64,000 bases of DNA from Bigelowiella natans CCMP2755 (GCA_000320545.1 ADNK01000096.1:130274-194273); one strand, 5' to 3'; positions 19,775 through 34,353 are shown, counted from the stretch's first letter. A program made the numbers and translations. The notes: generated from the letters alone by a model not told the origin.

Positions 19775-20953
19775 TAGTGAGCTCTCAGGGAGGGGGGGGG
19801 GGGGGAGACCAATCACTTGCTCCGATCGAATGGATGCTACCGGCTCTAATGCACTTCTGGCTGTTAGCAGCTCGTTTGACGTTGGCCAACGGCGAGTTAG
19901 GGTCCACCTGATTTATCGCAAAACAGGGGAGGCAGGCCACGAGTAATTCATGAGTTCTCCCTCCAAGGGGGGGTGAGATAATAGATGATAGCTGCTGCTA
20001 CCTGGCCGAGGAATATTGGCTTGAATTGATTCATACCAGCATTTGCAAAGAGGATGGTTGGATCTGCCAACACGAAGAACGCGTGGGAGGAATGATGTCA
20101 GACAGATTGTAATACGTATCTTGCATTTTTGACTACCGTTCAGGGGAGTAACGGGGGACGAAGCCACAAACCTTACAGAGTTACGAGAATTTTTCTAGTG
20201 ATGAATCATGTATCGAGGGGGGGGCTGTCCCTCATATTGCAACCCCCTTGGTTTGATTTCAGTATTATTTGAATTTAGGTTTACTTGTGTTCCTTCTCTT
20301 TGAAGTACTCGATGAACGTCGAACGGACCTGCCATGATGGGAGGTAACAGTCAGTTGTCGCCAGTTCTGCCTAGCTTATAAAATCACACACAAACACACA
20401 TGTAGACACACACCACACTTACTTTGTCGGTAGTCCACTCGGTGTCCTGTGATGAGGCCATCGCAGAATTCTCTGCGCTGTTCTCTACCAATTCTTTCTT
20501 GTTGACTTCTGTGGCACGACAGCTCGGGTGTTGGCGGTCACCGCCGCCCCTCCACACAGACTCTATGTGAAATGATTATTCCAGTTACGATGTGGGTTTT
20601 GAATTCATGCGATATTTCCTAATTCACCTCCATTGGGCTGTCGAAGAAATCCGTTACTGCGATGCCACAGTCGGGAAGACGGGGTATTCAGGAAGGGAAG
20701 CGTGTTTTTTACACTAGATCGGGCCATGCCTGGTGATTAACACATCATCGTTTAGAGGAGGGCATGCATGTGGGGTCAAAGGACTGGTGGTACAACCCTG
20801 GAGCCCAGAGGATATTGTGATTTCTTCCGACATATTCAGGGCGAAGAGGATGGAGAGGCTTGCTGCCATCATGCCGATAACAACAATCACAGTGCGCGTC
20901 GAGAATCGGGATCGGCTTCTCCTACTTCTTCCATGCAGAGGGAACCCGAGCAT
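11443..20953 (-). CDS. AARS: Alanyl-tRNA synthetase, eukaryotic cytosolic type, many exons, with upstream bipartite leader (conserved Met at 20461)
   Basis: Exon peptides [96 protein letters not shown], and C-terminal [13 protein letters not shown]...SKLA stop. Confidence 0.95.
12648..19810. repeat. Intronic microsatellites ((GA)n, (CA)n, (TA)n, (TAG)n, (GAG)n, (CAT)n) and G/C homopolymers in AlaRS introns
   Basis: Directly visible, e.g. 12648-12706, 13163-13230, 13493-13531, 14109-14165, 17793-17857, 18567-18600. Similar arrays occur in ABCC introns at 50838-57260. Confidence 0.9.
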
Positions 20954-21465
20954 GTTGAAGGCTGTTCCTCCTCCAAACCGCCTTCCCTGATCCCGCATCA
21001 ATCCCCTGACGTAAATAAAGGTGAGATCGGCTGTCCTAGCCGCAACAAAGTCGCATCTCAAACGCGGAAGCAGACCTGTGGGCCTCCATGCTCGCTCAAA
21101 TGTACCGTCCTTTCTCCAACACAGATCGTTTCGGCCGCTAACAAAGCGTTTCGGACAGGTTTTCATTGTCGCATATTGAAATCCTCCATGATAAAGTCTA
21201 CCGGATTTCAATGTGGTTTCAGATGATTCTCAGTTTAGTCGTTCTGACGCAGCCCAAAAATGTCTAATTTTCTAGGAGCACCACTTTGCCCGCACGGGGA
21301 TTCGAGTCGGGATTCCGGGGCGAAATCTCATGCACCAAAAATCCAGGACCTTTATTGTATTATGTTCTCGGTGTTCATATGTCTTGTCGCAGCTATGAAT
21401 TCCAGGAGGTTCACTTTCAACAAACGAAGGTTCATTCATTCCGCACCCCCCGAACGTCTGGAATA

Positions 21466-24212
21466 ATGAAGCACCACACCATGTGGCGATCCTTATTGCT
21501 CCTGGGGATTGTGGGAGCTGCTGATGTGTCTGAGTATCCAAGTTTCTGGCCTAAGCCACGCGTTTTCTCCAACGGTACAATGGAGCTGTCCGTCGTGCCC
21601 GGATCTCTAATGTTTCACTCTTCCATGCCCTCCCCCCTACTCGATGGAGCTTGGAAACGAACCACCTCACTGATGTTTCCATGGACCAGCGATTCCATTT
21701 CCAAGGAAGATCAAATGGGAAGTAACGCAAGACTTACGGAAGTTTTTGTTGAAGTTAAGGAAATTGTTTCCCTACATGTCCAGCCTCCAACGTATGTACA
21801 ATTCCGTACTGACTAGAATATAAGAGATATATTCGTCTAATTATGCTCTCCACTTTTTGTGTTTGTTTTTCGATGCACACAATTTCCTCATTCTCTCCTT
21901 TCGGTGCTTATCTCTGTGGCAATGCCTGATATACCCCCCTGTTTTAATGCTTCCAGCCTCGGGGTAAACGAGAGGTATCACCTCGATATCGTTCCTTCCA
22001 CGGATGACCTCTCTTGGAAGTGCAACATCACCGCTGAAACTGTCTGGGGTGCGATGCATGGATTAATTACGCTTTCTCAAATGGTAGAGCCGCTGCAACC
22101 AACGGAGGAAGGAAAGAGAGAATACGTAATTAGAGCCGCGCCCTGGAGCATTGAAGATTATCCCGTTCTCCCCCATCGAGGGCTGATGATTGACACAGCA
22201 AGGCACTTTTTACCGACCAGTACGATTCGAAGACAGGTTCGATCAGTAGGAATGAGTACAGTACAGGACACAGCTCTTATCTTACGTTCTTTTAATGTTC
22301 CCTTCACTCAGATCGACGCCTTGAGCATGAACAAGATGAATGTTTTGCATTGGCATGTCTCCGATGCAGAATCTATGCCTTACGAATCTACGGCCTTCCC
22401 AGACCTGGCTGCAAAGGGTGCATTCATCAAGGAAGCAACCTACTCGAAGCAGGAGGTCAAGGATATCATTGATTATGCTGCAGAGAGAGGTGGTTCTCAT
22501 GTTTTGGGACGGAGATGGATTCGTTGAGATTGATAACTTTTATTTGTGCGCTTGATCACGATGTAGGTGTTCGAGTCATAATTGAGTTTGACATGCCTGG
22601 CCACAACTATGCGTGGTCGCTTGCTTACCCCTCTCTTTTCGTCAATTGCTCGGATATGTACCCAACCGACACGAGGTAATTTTTTATAAGAAACAGCACT
22701 TCTTGAGCCGGCCGCCTCGATGACGTAGAATGTTGTCGTCAATTTGCCTATTCATAGGTTCTGGGTCGCATCCTTCGATCCTACAAATGAGAAGCTGTAC
22801 TCTTTCCTCGACACCTTCTTACGAGAAGTCGCACAGACATTTCCGGATCAAGTCATCCACCTTGGCGGTGACGAGGTATCCATGCCTCTAGCTGTATTTT
22901 GCATTCTCTTGGATAGATCTATGTTTTAATGCGCGCGCATTTTAAGGTGCAGTATTCCTGTTGGAACGAGTCAAGAGCCATAAGGGAGTATATGGCAAAG
23001 CACAATCTCACTTTAACAGGTCGCTGCCACACTCTTACTAGCCTTCACTGAGAATTCCAACCCAGGAACATAGATTATGTGCGTATCTCAAAGCACGCAT
23101 ATTCTTCTTCTTCTTCTTCTTCTTCTTCTTCTTCTTCTTCTTCTTCTTGATTTCGTCAACTTCCAGACCTCTATGCAACCTTTGAGTCTAAGGTGCACAG
23201 CATCGCTGCAAAGTACAACAAGTCCGTTCAGGTCGACACCCGACCCTCTTTCCCCCATCATCCAATGAGCGCCTCGAGATCAAATTGGTTACAGTTAGCG
23301 CGCCCCCGTTGTCTATCATCAAAGCCTGCTCACCAGAAAACGTTTCCTCCGTTTGTTTGTTTCTTTCTTGGAATCAGAGCTGGGATGAGGTATACGTGAG
23401 CGCGAAGGAAGTACTGCCCAAAGACGCCATCGTACAGGTATGAGCATTGCCGCGGATTCGGGGTCCGATGATTTGAAAGCTAAATGTCCTCAGGTATGGC
23501 GAGGAATGGAGACGCTCACCGATGCGGTAATTTTATACTTTATATATATATAACATACACACATGCCTTGCGCCTGCAGATTCCCTCCCCAAAGATAAAT
23601 CAATGAAAAACTGCCATCCTCATCATCATCATCGTCGTCGTCGTCGCCTTCGTCGTCATCATGATTACGATTCTTCCAGGTTAAAGACGGGTTCAGAGCT
23701 GTATTGTCGGCTCCATACTATCTCAACTCAGGGTTTGATATGGGCGGCTTGCAGGTCGGTCTTCGTCCCAAAAGCTAGTAGTAGCAGTAGCAGTAGTAGT
23801 AGTAGTAGTAGTAGTAGAAGTTATCAGCAGCACCTCCAATGCCTTAGAAACGGTTACTAGTTCATCGGGTGCTGCTTTCTCATCATGTGCTTCGTTGTTG
23901 TGTGCCTGGTGCAAACAGGTCAGCTGGACGTCTATTTACTCCAACGACCCCATTCCGCAAGATCTCACAAAGCAGGAGAGAGATCAAGTCCTAGGTAGTA
24001 GTATGTACTACTTGTAGTAATAGTACTCGTAGCAGTACCCAACGAACGACCACTATTGACACGTAATGCGCTGCGTCGTGTGGGAGCGCGATGATAACGA
24101 TGACGACGAACGCATCGCTGCTGAATCATCCATCATCCGCATATTCAGGGGCTGAGGCATGCATCTGGGGGGAGGAAGTGAATCAGTTCAACATCGACCA
24201 ACGAGTGTGGTA

Positions 24213-24244
<32 letters not shown>

Positions 24245-24685
24245 TATACAATCGTTAACGGTCGCGCGTTGAGGCAGAGGAAAATGATGATGCACACCAG
24301 GTTCCGAGGAAGCATGCTGGCGGAGAGGCTATGGTCCCTCCAAGGCAACCACACCGACAAAATCGGCCCTGGTACGCGAACAACACACCCTGCCTCCTGT
24401 GCTAGCGAGAGGGATAATAGGGAGAAAACGGTTGTTTGTTGGGGGCTGACCTGTGCGATGCATGCAGACGTTCTGGTACGGTCGATCAAACAGCAGTGCC
24501 GAATGATGAGGGCGGGGATAAAAGCCACCCCCATCGACGACAGGGATGTGCTCCCAAGAAGGTGAGATGCATATTCCGTTATGCTTTTCCCGCTTTGTTT
24601 GTTTCCAAATCTCAGTACTATTGCTTGCCACATTAGGAGCCTCTGGAATCAATGTGAGCTAGATTTACCCCAGCGTAAGCATTAG
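21466..24685 (+). CDS. Beta-N-acetylhexosaminidase (GH20) with signal peptide, multi-exon
   Basis: [14 protein letters not shown] signal, [72 protein letters not shown]. Confidence 0.93.
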
Positions 24686-25483
24686 TCGGTAAATCGTCAG
24701 AGATCTTTGTGGATCAAGACATCTGGCTAAGCTGGTTCTCATCCAAGCCTCGTGGCCGCACCGCATATGTACAAGATCATACACATTTGCTCTAGTTTTA
24801 TCAGTTCATAACATGCAGTTTTCCCTCATAAATGCATGTGTGCAAACAGCACTTGGCATCGGCCATCGCCTGATCATTACACGTGGTAGCTATAGACGCA
24901 TTTTGGCGCTATGACACATGTGAAACACATGCGAATTTGCGTTAGTGCCTAAGGCTGTATTTGTATGCCTGCGTTAAAGTGTGAGTGTGGCTTGATCTGC
25001 ATGCGGCGTATAAGGCACTTGTACATCTCCACCATGTTTATCATGCATGTCTATCATAAGCTAGTATCGTAAGGCTGTATGTACGATATACTGTCATGTT
25101 ATCGCTCTATCTTGCGTGCCGTGCACGTAACTAATATGTACGCGCCCCAACGGTGTTGATAAGACTATCGTGGCTGGCTTTATATATATTGACAAACAAT
25201 CGGAAGTCGCTTAGTTACTCACAATAAACAGAGTCCACACAGAACATGCGATGCATGGATGATTAGCAGACTTGTTTGGGCCCTGCTAGCCGGCGAAGAG
25301 CAAGCTCTACTGCTTCACATTAACTTGTGCATTGTAGAGTATTGACACAATCCATACACTCTCACTAATCAACGTAACCGCGCATTATTCTGTTGTGGAA
25401 AATGACAATGAACAGCAGGGCGGCACCAAGAGGCAAAAAATGGACGGATAGTGCAGCAGTTCGTCGCCTAATCTCTGAAAGCT

Positions 25484-28400
25484 TTAGCCAGCTTTCTCAT
25501 CAGTCGTTAGATCTTGAATCCATCCATGAGAATGCATCTCTTTCAATCTTGAAATGACTCTCGCTTTCGCAAAGCCTACCTCAGCAGCTCCCGCCAAACC
25601 AGCTAGAGCCACGTCCTTCCGCCCCGTTGCGCTCCTGTTCAGATTGCGCCAATGATGAATGATTCGCTATGAACACAGTTGCTGCTGAGGCGTGGGGTAC
25701 CATTCAGTGTTTCCAATCATTGTCGTACTCCTTCCTGTATCAAATGCCAATGTCAGTCCTTGCACAGTTATATACATATCAATGGACTTGTCAATCACCC
25801 CACCTGAACTGCCACCTTCAGCTATGACTCTGGTGCTAGATCTATCTCCCACTTCTAAGTTAATACATCGGTGTTTCTGAGCATATGATTCCGAGGTTTT
25901 CTTCTTCGGTGGGGCTCTTACTACGTCCATAAACTACCTCCCAATGGCGCTGCTAGCTCCGACGATATATCTCCTCCACTTATCAATGAGTCCAGAGTAT
26001 CTTCTTCGCTGCTCAGGGCTAGCAGAACTCTTGCTTCATACCTGCGTAATATGATAAATGGATCATGATGTGAAGGCGGTCTCACTTAAAAAGTCTTTTA
26101 CACACATGGCGTCGATGAAGGTGATGAATCTCCTCAATGAGTCCGGAGTCATTGCTGCTATTCTTGGAACATCTGTCAGCACGACCGCCCAGAAGGAGGC
26201 GGCCAGGGCGATGAAGTCGTGCGCTGATCTCTCCGCGACGCACATCTCGTCGAAGCCGACAGCACAAACTACGTGTCTTGCCTCCGAGGATGCTGAACTC
26301 TTCTTTTTTAATGCCGCTCGATTGGCGCTCTTTATGGGGAGCACGCGGCCCATCGCCACTTTGACCTATTTTTTTTGTTTTGGGTACCATTAAGAAAGAT
26401 GGGGAAATGCGCAAACAGCCATTCCTTGTATTGCGAGAGGACTGGATTCCTAGGTACGTGCTACTATCACTGCTACTACCTCCAGGGACCCCAACTCCCC
26501 CGATTGAGAAATGGAGCTTTCGGCTGCGTATTTGCTCGAAAACCGGATTGAGAACGACTTCATCCATGTTGACACCTTCTCGTCGTTCTAATCGTCGCAT
26601 TCAAAGAAGCAGCGGGGAAGAGGGCTCAGTTGGTGTTTGAATGAGGCCTTGAGTGTAGATGTACCTGATGATCGCTGCCTTTGGACAAAGAGAGGAAGAA
26701 GTCTTTGTTCTCTGTAGGGGTGGGATACATCATTTCTTATCAGAGCCACGCTTGAACTCAACAATCTTGCACCGCCCTCCAGCTATGCAGCATCAGTTTT
26801 TCCCCACTGCTGAGAACAAACCTCCTGTCGTGTTTTGTCGAAGTGCCCTGTAGTCGGTTCCTGGTATGTGTTCAAATCATATACGCATCAACGGCTAGCG
26901 TCGCTCAGCGTTGTTCGTTGCGTAGAGGGGTGGTTGCAGTGTCTGTATCGCACTTCTAAATCCGTACCATTTCTCAGGTTGAATAGCTTCATCTTCTTCT
27001 CGATCATTGCGATGCAAGGTAGAAATAGATGGCGGTTCAGGCCGTTCAGGTATAGGTCTCTGGGCGGCCTTGAAACAGATGGTAAATAGCAAGGAGGATG
27101 GTGATGGTGATGATAATGATGATGATGATGGTGATGATGATGACTACGATAAGTGGAATGCCTATGCCAGTGGCCAGAGATTCGCTTGTGTGCTCAGATA
27201 ACTAGACAACCTATTGCTCGTAAAGACGATGAAGGTCCCTGCCGCTAGTATCTGATACGGGAGAAGAGAGGAAAGGCTACTGAATTGCGCATTGGGAGAG
27301 TGAGAGAGGGCGGTCGATAAGAAGCTTACGGTTTCGACGAGTTGCTTTAGGATCATAGCGTCCCCAATGTCTGTGACCTGAGAAAATACTTGGAGAATTA
27401 CTGCTGAATGCGCCACACCCTCCTCGACGCGCTGGCTGCAAAACGGAGTTTTTGGAAAAGGTTGGAAGCCAGGAGAAGCAGACCTGAAACTCATCAAAGC
27501 AAAGCAATAGGCCTGTCTCTCTCGCAATGTCCCTAGAAATCACGCGAACAAAACCACGCCTCAGCTCGACACTCGAACGGGTGGATTGCGACAGGCTTTT
27601 ACCTTGCAACCAGAGTCAAAGGGTTGAGTCCTTTGTCTCCCTCATTGAGGAGCCTCTCATTGTTTTGCTTCAACTTATGGAGCCTCTGGTGGGCGCTGAG
27701 CATGAACTCGTGGAAGTGCCATCTGCGAAGTGTGCGATTGCTTGGTTTTAGAGCTGATAAGTCATCGATCAGCAAGAAGAAGACATAGATGTGTCGACGG
27801 ACCTTTTCTTGCCGATGTTTTCTGGAAGATGGGCGAAAAAAAGGTCCATGCAAAACGACTTTCCGGTCCCCACCTGCGCGAGTACTTTCAATGTTTCTTA
27901 CTCTGTAGCGGTGTTATATGAACGCGAATCTACCCCTCCAAATATATACAGCCCGTTTGTAGCTTTTTCCTCCTTGCATTTGTTGTCGTTATCACCCGAT
28001 CTGATCTGCTCTGTGCTTTCTCCCCTTTGGCGATCTAAAATTGACTTTCGAGCTACTATTTGCTTTCCCAACACCTACGACCATCACATCCTTATCACCA
28101 TCACCATCATCATCATCATCATCAATCTTTTTCCTCCTAGATCCAACTCGCTATTTTTTCTCTCTATATGCAGGGAAGGGACAGCATTATTCAGGCGGCG
28201 ACCTCTAACTCTTCCAGCAACTCCAACTGTTGAGCGTCCCTGGCACCAACCATTAATTGCATTCGAAAGCAGGCGTCATAGAGGGAGGAAGGCAGAGTGT
28301 GGGTGTCTCATGAGGGGAAAACTGACGACAACTACCTTCGGAGCCCCTTCTTCTCGGATAGCTGATTGTAGGCTTCCAACAGGGAAATATTCTCGGAATT

Positions 28401-28592
28401 TTTGGTCGTAGTAGCGAAAGCTCGCAAGCTATTGACATGCCGTACCCCTTTAGATTCGAGGTTGATATTCAAAAGTTTCACGCTTGAACTACAGGGGTGC
28501 GGAGCTGTCGTTGATAAATTGCGTTTGGAGAGTAAGCGGTATGGCTGCTGACGGCTGGGGAAGGCGAGTGCTCGTCGAAGCAAACGATTCAT
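25484..28592 (-). CDS. AFG1: AFG1/LACE1 (ZapE-like) ATPase with mitochondrial presequence, multi-exon
   Basis: Spliced GLYIFGG/VGTGKSFCMDLFF Walker A, RRWHFHEFM, LLCFDEFQV/TDIGDAMILKQL, VFTSNR, RRFITFIDA, VISRLKEM; Arg/Ser/Leu-rich N-terminus. Confidence 0.92.
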
Positions 28593-29214
28593 TTTCTAAT
28601 AAGAGATTGGACGAAGTCTACATCGTCGGGCTAAATTTATCTTTTGAAATAATCCCTCTGGCTTCCTGGCTCGTTCTTCTTCTTGTTCTTCTTCTTCTAT
28701 GTAAGGCGCAAAATGATAGACGCATTCCGTGACGCTTTTGGTGATACACATCGCATCATCGCATCGTAAAATACCACACAACACCACGCGGCAAAGTGAG
28801 CTGCTACTGCAGCATAGGATCTTCAGATAACGACGACGACGACGGCAAGCTATATGGACGACTGGCGATGCGTTCGTGGTCTGGTACTGATTCGCATACT
28901 CAAAGCAAAAACTACATCACAACCCTTTTCCACACCTTTGTTTGCACAGGCCGCCCTAAAGTCGCCGACGGAAGATTACACCGAGCTCGACGAACCCGAG
29001 GGGGTGGAAGCCTGGCTCGTGCCACGATGCCATCTGCGATCTGCCATTTTTATTGTTGTTATTGATATATTAGATAGACCAAAATCCAAGCGTGACATAT
29101 CTAAATTAAAATATTTTCTTGAGTGGGGCGAATGTGAGATGTCGCAGTAGTAAAACGCTCTACATTTTTAGAACCTTCAGGCGTTCTCCTCTGACCCACC
29201 TGCCGAACCCAGCG

Positions 29215-31684
29215 ATGGCGGCTCGGAACCGGGGCTGTCCCCCCGCGCCCTCGTTGCTGCTCGCTTTCGTGTTAGTTTCTTTGCCAAGCGACTGGATCCC
29301 GGTGTCCTTGACCTCTCCATTGTCATCTAGGGTGGCGAGGAGGAGGGTGCGCTGGCGGTGTAGGTGTTCCCAGCCGTTCTCATTCTCGAACGTCGTGCCA
29401 CCTCCCTACCTGAGAGGGGGATGCGCAAATAATACGTCTTGTGTCCGCAACGGTGATATTTCGTCTAAGTACCTACCTCCAGTCTCCTCGTCGTCCTCCT
29501 CCTCCTCGTCTTCCAGCTCTCATGCAAAGAAGGAGTTGCTGCCTGGCGCAGAGGAGCAGCACATAGCCGCAGTCGGACTGGCGAACACAACCAAGAACTT
29601 CCTCACTGGGTAGTATAGCGAGGAGGAAATATTTCTCAATAAATTTGTATGGGTGAAAGATAGTAACAAGCTTGTCCGGACAAATTTTTTGAGTTGAAAA
29701 GAAATGCTGTTGGAGATGCTCTATCGTCCTTCTAACCACCCGTTGTGGCTATTTGAATCAGTACGGCGCAAATGATCGACAATTTTCTAGATAGCATTAA
29801 AAGCTACCGAAGAAGCGAATCCGTGAATCAGCACGAATCGAACTTATTCACGGTAAATGTTTGCCACACCGAGAGTAAGAATTATTATATAAGAAAAACA
29901 AGCAAGTTTCCATGCTAGTGAAAAGTAAAAACGGACTAAAAGTGCATCATCGTGACCTTCATAGACTATTACAATTTTCAAAATGTCGTCCTCACAATTC
30001 CTGCCCAATATGGCAAGCGTCATGCATTTTGGGAAGGGCCTTAGCCTGCCTTCATTGCCGGTGCTCCTCTTCCTCCTCCTTTATATACGATGTGCCCCTG
30101 CTCTTGCCCCCCAATTTTAGACGGAGCGTGCCAGGCGGTTGACAATTGGAGGGTTAAGAGATGTCATGAAGGAATGGCGGTCGAAACTAAGCCTTGGCCT
30201 GGAAGCTATCGAACAATTCAAAATTGTACTTCCATTATTTATGTCTTACATTTATGTACTGATGTGGTAAAGAAGCACCAGGACTTTGCTAACCTCCTCT
30301 CACCCTTCTCAGTGCAACTATACGATCCCAGACCCATTGGCGACGGTCACAGCAGCGTTTGCTGCAGGTGGAGAAGTGAAGGAGCTACGGAAAAACATGT
30401 CCACCATAATGAGCACTGTGGACGTGTTACAGTCGTGCAGACATATACGCAAAGAGATGGAAGACCTCCTCGAAGTAAATAATATCAAATACGTAACCGT
30501 AAACTAAAGCACGCGTGCTGGTAACAGCACTTCCGTGCTTTCGTGCTTATGCTGATTTCTAATACATACTCAAGAAGAGGGAATGATGAAGATGATGATG
30601 ATGATGACGATGAATGTGGTGGGTGGTAGTGGTAGCAGCAAATGAGCAGCGAGTTACGCGTTTGTCCCTAGAAAAGAAGGATGCCTAAGCTAGGAGAGCG
30701 CCGATTTTCAAAAAGAGAGAATATGTGCCATTGGGGATAAGATGCTACGACAACCACGATCACGTAGATACGTCCATGTGTGTTGATGAGAATTGTGCTG
30801 ATTGTTGGGGGGGAGGGAAGATGACTTGGTTTCGGTTCCATGGCGATATTAAAGCTGCGGCCAACGCTTCGCTCAGTAAAGGAGACCCTATTTGCAAAGG
30901 TGTATTAGCTCGCCCCCATCAGCAGTATCAGCAACAGTAGTTGGCGCAAACTCACTCGCACAGAATCGAATTCTTCTTCATTTTTACGAAATTGAGGGGG
31001 CAATGGGGAATCGGAATGGAGGAGGATGAAGAAGAAGATGATGATGATAATGATTACCATGCATTGTGGGGAAGATGGAAACGGTGGGGGCGATATATTC
31101 TGCTGATGACATATACACTGGCGCAGGCAAGAGCGAAGAGATGAGCTGGCGTGCGGAGCTTGTAGGGATAAAGAGAGTGCAGGAACGTCTCGACGGGGAG
31201 CTTGGAACGAGTGATGAAATAATAGACTTTTTTAAAAAATGAATGCACTGATGATGACCATACCCCTGATCATGATACCATACCAGAGATCGATCCTCTA
31301 TGGGAGCTAGCGATAGAATCGTTAAAGTACATCATTTTGGTACTGCCACACACAGCAATAACCTGCACTCAACCCATGGAAATGCTGTAAAGACGCCTTC
31401 GGCGGCACACACAACTCTTTGTTTCTTCTCATTCAAATTGTCGCCGTTGGGTGATTTTGAGTTCTCTTGAACATGCCCGTCCTCGCCCCTCCCTCCTCTT
31501 TCCTCTCCCCCTCTCCTCCTTGTCTTTTTTGGCAGGCCCTTTACGATATTGAAAAAACCAGTGGGTTCTACGAATCTCTCCCGTCAGTACCTCGTAGCAG
31601 CAGGAACACCAACAACGACGACGACGACGACGACGCTGACCTCAACGACACACAAGCCTTTGCGCATAACCATTTGACACTGAT

Positions 31685-31725
<41 letters not shown>

Positions 31726-31801
31726 CCTCATTTTGAGTAATGCCACAGGGCAAGCATCGCCCTCCATAGTATGGTTGTAAGATGTGAAGCCCTTCCTTGC
31801 C

Positions 31802-31852
<51 letters not shown>

Positions 31853-32173
31853 AACACGCCCGTGTACTGCGCAAAACTCAGGGGTGCGTTTGAGAAAAAT
31901 GCAGGGCAGTGGGATGACAGCGGCCGCAGTCTCCGTGTGGCGGAGGAGCGGCGATATTCTCACACGTCCTTCTATAAACTCACGTGCATATTCGAGCAAT
32001 CAAGAGTCCTCTATTGTATAAAGAGGGCAAAAGCTCAAGGTGGTAGTTGTTCGGGGAGGGGGGGAGATAAAGGGCTGTTGATGGTGGTAGCGGGGAAATG
32101 GTGATGGTAATGATGTTTGGTCCCTATGATGACTGATAGGCTTATGATTAGAGTGATGGGAAAGAAAAGACAG

Positions 32174-32222
<49 letters not shown>

Positions 32223-32421
32223 AGTTCAATGCGTGAAGAGACAAACAGAAAATTGAACATATGCTGATGGGGAAAACACCAAGACTTACAATCTTCTCCT
32301 CGCTCCCCTCCCCACCAAAGCTGCTCCCACTGTTCCCCCACGACTCCTCATGTTTTGCGGCAGTTTGATAAGCATCGCCCACCTGCGCACATAGATTCTC
32401 GAGAGTCCATCCCACCATCGT

Positions 32422-32452
<31 letters not shown>

Positions 32453-33134
32453 ACCACGCATTGTCATCAGATGTACGATGTTGATTTCAGGCTTAAAGAT
32501 GCTCGTGCTGGGGAGTACTATCGGATGGGTGGCGTTGCTATTTCCATTAGCGTACCGCATGCAAACGGTCGCATACGAGCCAGTTTCTTTCCTGGTAATG
32601 CGGTGATGTACAACCCCCTCCCCCCCCCTCCCACCTCCCCCCCTTGCTATTCTGCTGTATCCTGGTCCTCTACTACTTTAGAAGGTGGCTATGCTGATTG
32701 ACTTTTATACCTGAGAATGAAATACATCTAGATGACGTATGCAAAAAGAGTCTACTACCGGGAAGTAGTGGGGAGGGGGCTCAAGGCCAACATCACTTTC
32801 CTGGAGCAGGTGTTTGCTGATAGAGTCGATGATGGTGGTGGTGGTGCGCTGATGCGGAGACACGCATTTTATTACAACTTCGTGTTAGCTGCGTTCATGC
32901 AAACTCACAGATAACACCGCAGGATCCTTCCATGGCTTCATTCGAGGGTGTCGGTGTCGTCTACATCGATTGCATCGGATACAAAGGGTAGTAGGGCAAT
33001 AAGCAGCATATGTGGCGGTGGTGGTGGGCGATGATAGCAAACAAAGGGGTTGGTGAAGAGGTCAATCAAATCATTCTTTACTGCTCCTCCTGCGGGCACT
33101 ACTACATTTAGTGATTTAAAAAGAAATGAATGAA

Positions 33135-33165
<31 letters not shown>

Positions 33166-33408
33166 AGGGCTATTTTGTGTCCGTCGATCATATAATATAT
33201 AATATATTTGTTTTTATTTTCTGGTAGAGATTTACGAACCAAGATCTATGTAAGGCTGTTGTGTGATTTGCCCATTGGCTCGATCGTGGTCGACGACACC
33301 AGCTTCCTCGCGTCGTTCCCCGCGCAGTTCAAGCTCATATCCGAAGTCAAATGGAGCGTTCGCGAAACAATGTTAGTCCACACAACATTCACGAATGTAT
33401 TAATATGT

Positions 33409-33459
<51 letters not shown>

Positions 33460-33695
33460 AACACACACATATAAATATTTATAAAGATATACATGTACAT
33501 GTCTAATTACTTTTCCACTGTAACGAACGCGTGTCTTTCAGGTTTGTTTATGAGAAAACGAATCGGTGCATGACAAGCCCGAAGTCGCTCTTCGACGCAT
33601 TGGTCAACAGAGAGCAGCAACTTGTTAAAGCTCAGGAAAGACGCAGCCGCTCCGGGGGCGGTGACGACATCGGGTTTGATGATGTGGAAGACTGA
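29215..33695 (+). CDS. Putative SAM-dependent methyltransferase-like protein with signal peptide and LRGG leader, multi-exon
   Basis: Hydrophobic LLLAFVLVSL followed by an Arg-rich segment and YLRGG. Later exons MLVLGSTIGWVALL (motif I-like), VGVVYIDC, LPIGSIVVD, spliced TM/FVYEK...DVED stop. Exon model incomplete. Confidence 0.45.
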
Positions 33696-34353
33696 TAGAA
33701 GTGGTAACGTTGTCCATCAGTACCTTAGCTCTTCCTGCATAGACAGGGCGAGCAACAAAATAAACACGCAATAAAGTGGAGTGTACGCATATGCGCAGTG
33801 AACGTTTTGGTAAAGCTAAACCTGTAGTGAGAATGAGGACAACACAGAGGGATGAAGCATCTTTGGATTTCAAACCATCAACAATCAATCGGCTAGATGA
33901 ATTATATGAGACATCATATTAATTATCACAGCGTATGTGAGAGCTGATATCATCAGCATTGCTAGCCAGCTATGGATCGAACATGAGATCGCATCATGAG
34001 TGATGCTAAATGTCACTTGTACGAAAAACGTTGATTGGCCGTATCACAGCGCAGTGCTGTAGTTCTAAGTGATTCTTCGCGTAGACTTGAACACCACGCA
34101 CACGTACAGCTTTCGCTTGCGTGATGTAAATCCAATGACAGAAACGTGACAACGAATTATCATTGTCATTATTATTGCGTACATGCAAGCCATGCCGTTT
34201 AGGCATGAACACATGGACATATGAAACTCTTGCTTGACATCGGTGTGTGATGACAATGGTCGACACGATTAGCTAGCACAGTCGAGCACAGTCTTACATG
34301 CATTGTGGGCTTTTGGATTACTGTACACAATTCGTGCCTGCACAGCACGCATA

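Noticed and set aside
12374-19911. Many 60-170 aa ORFs with [18 protein letters not shown], poly-L or poly-S tracts
   Set aside because: Translations of intronic microsatellites.
28854-29330. Possible small plus-strand gene whose last exon would overlap the 29215 gene in another frame
   Set aside because: I could not assemble a phase-consistent exon chain and recognised no homology. Left unresolved.
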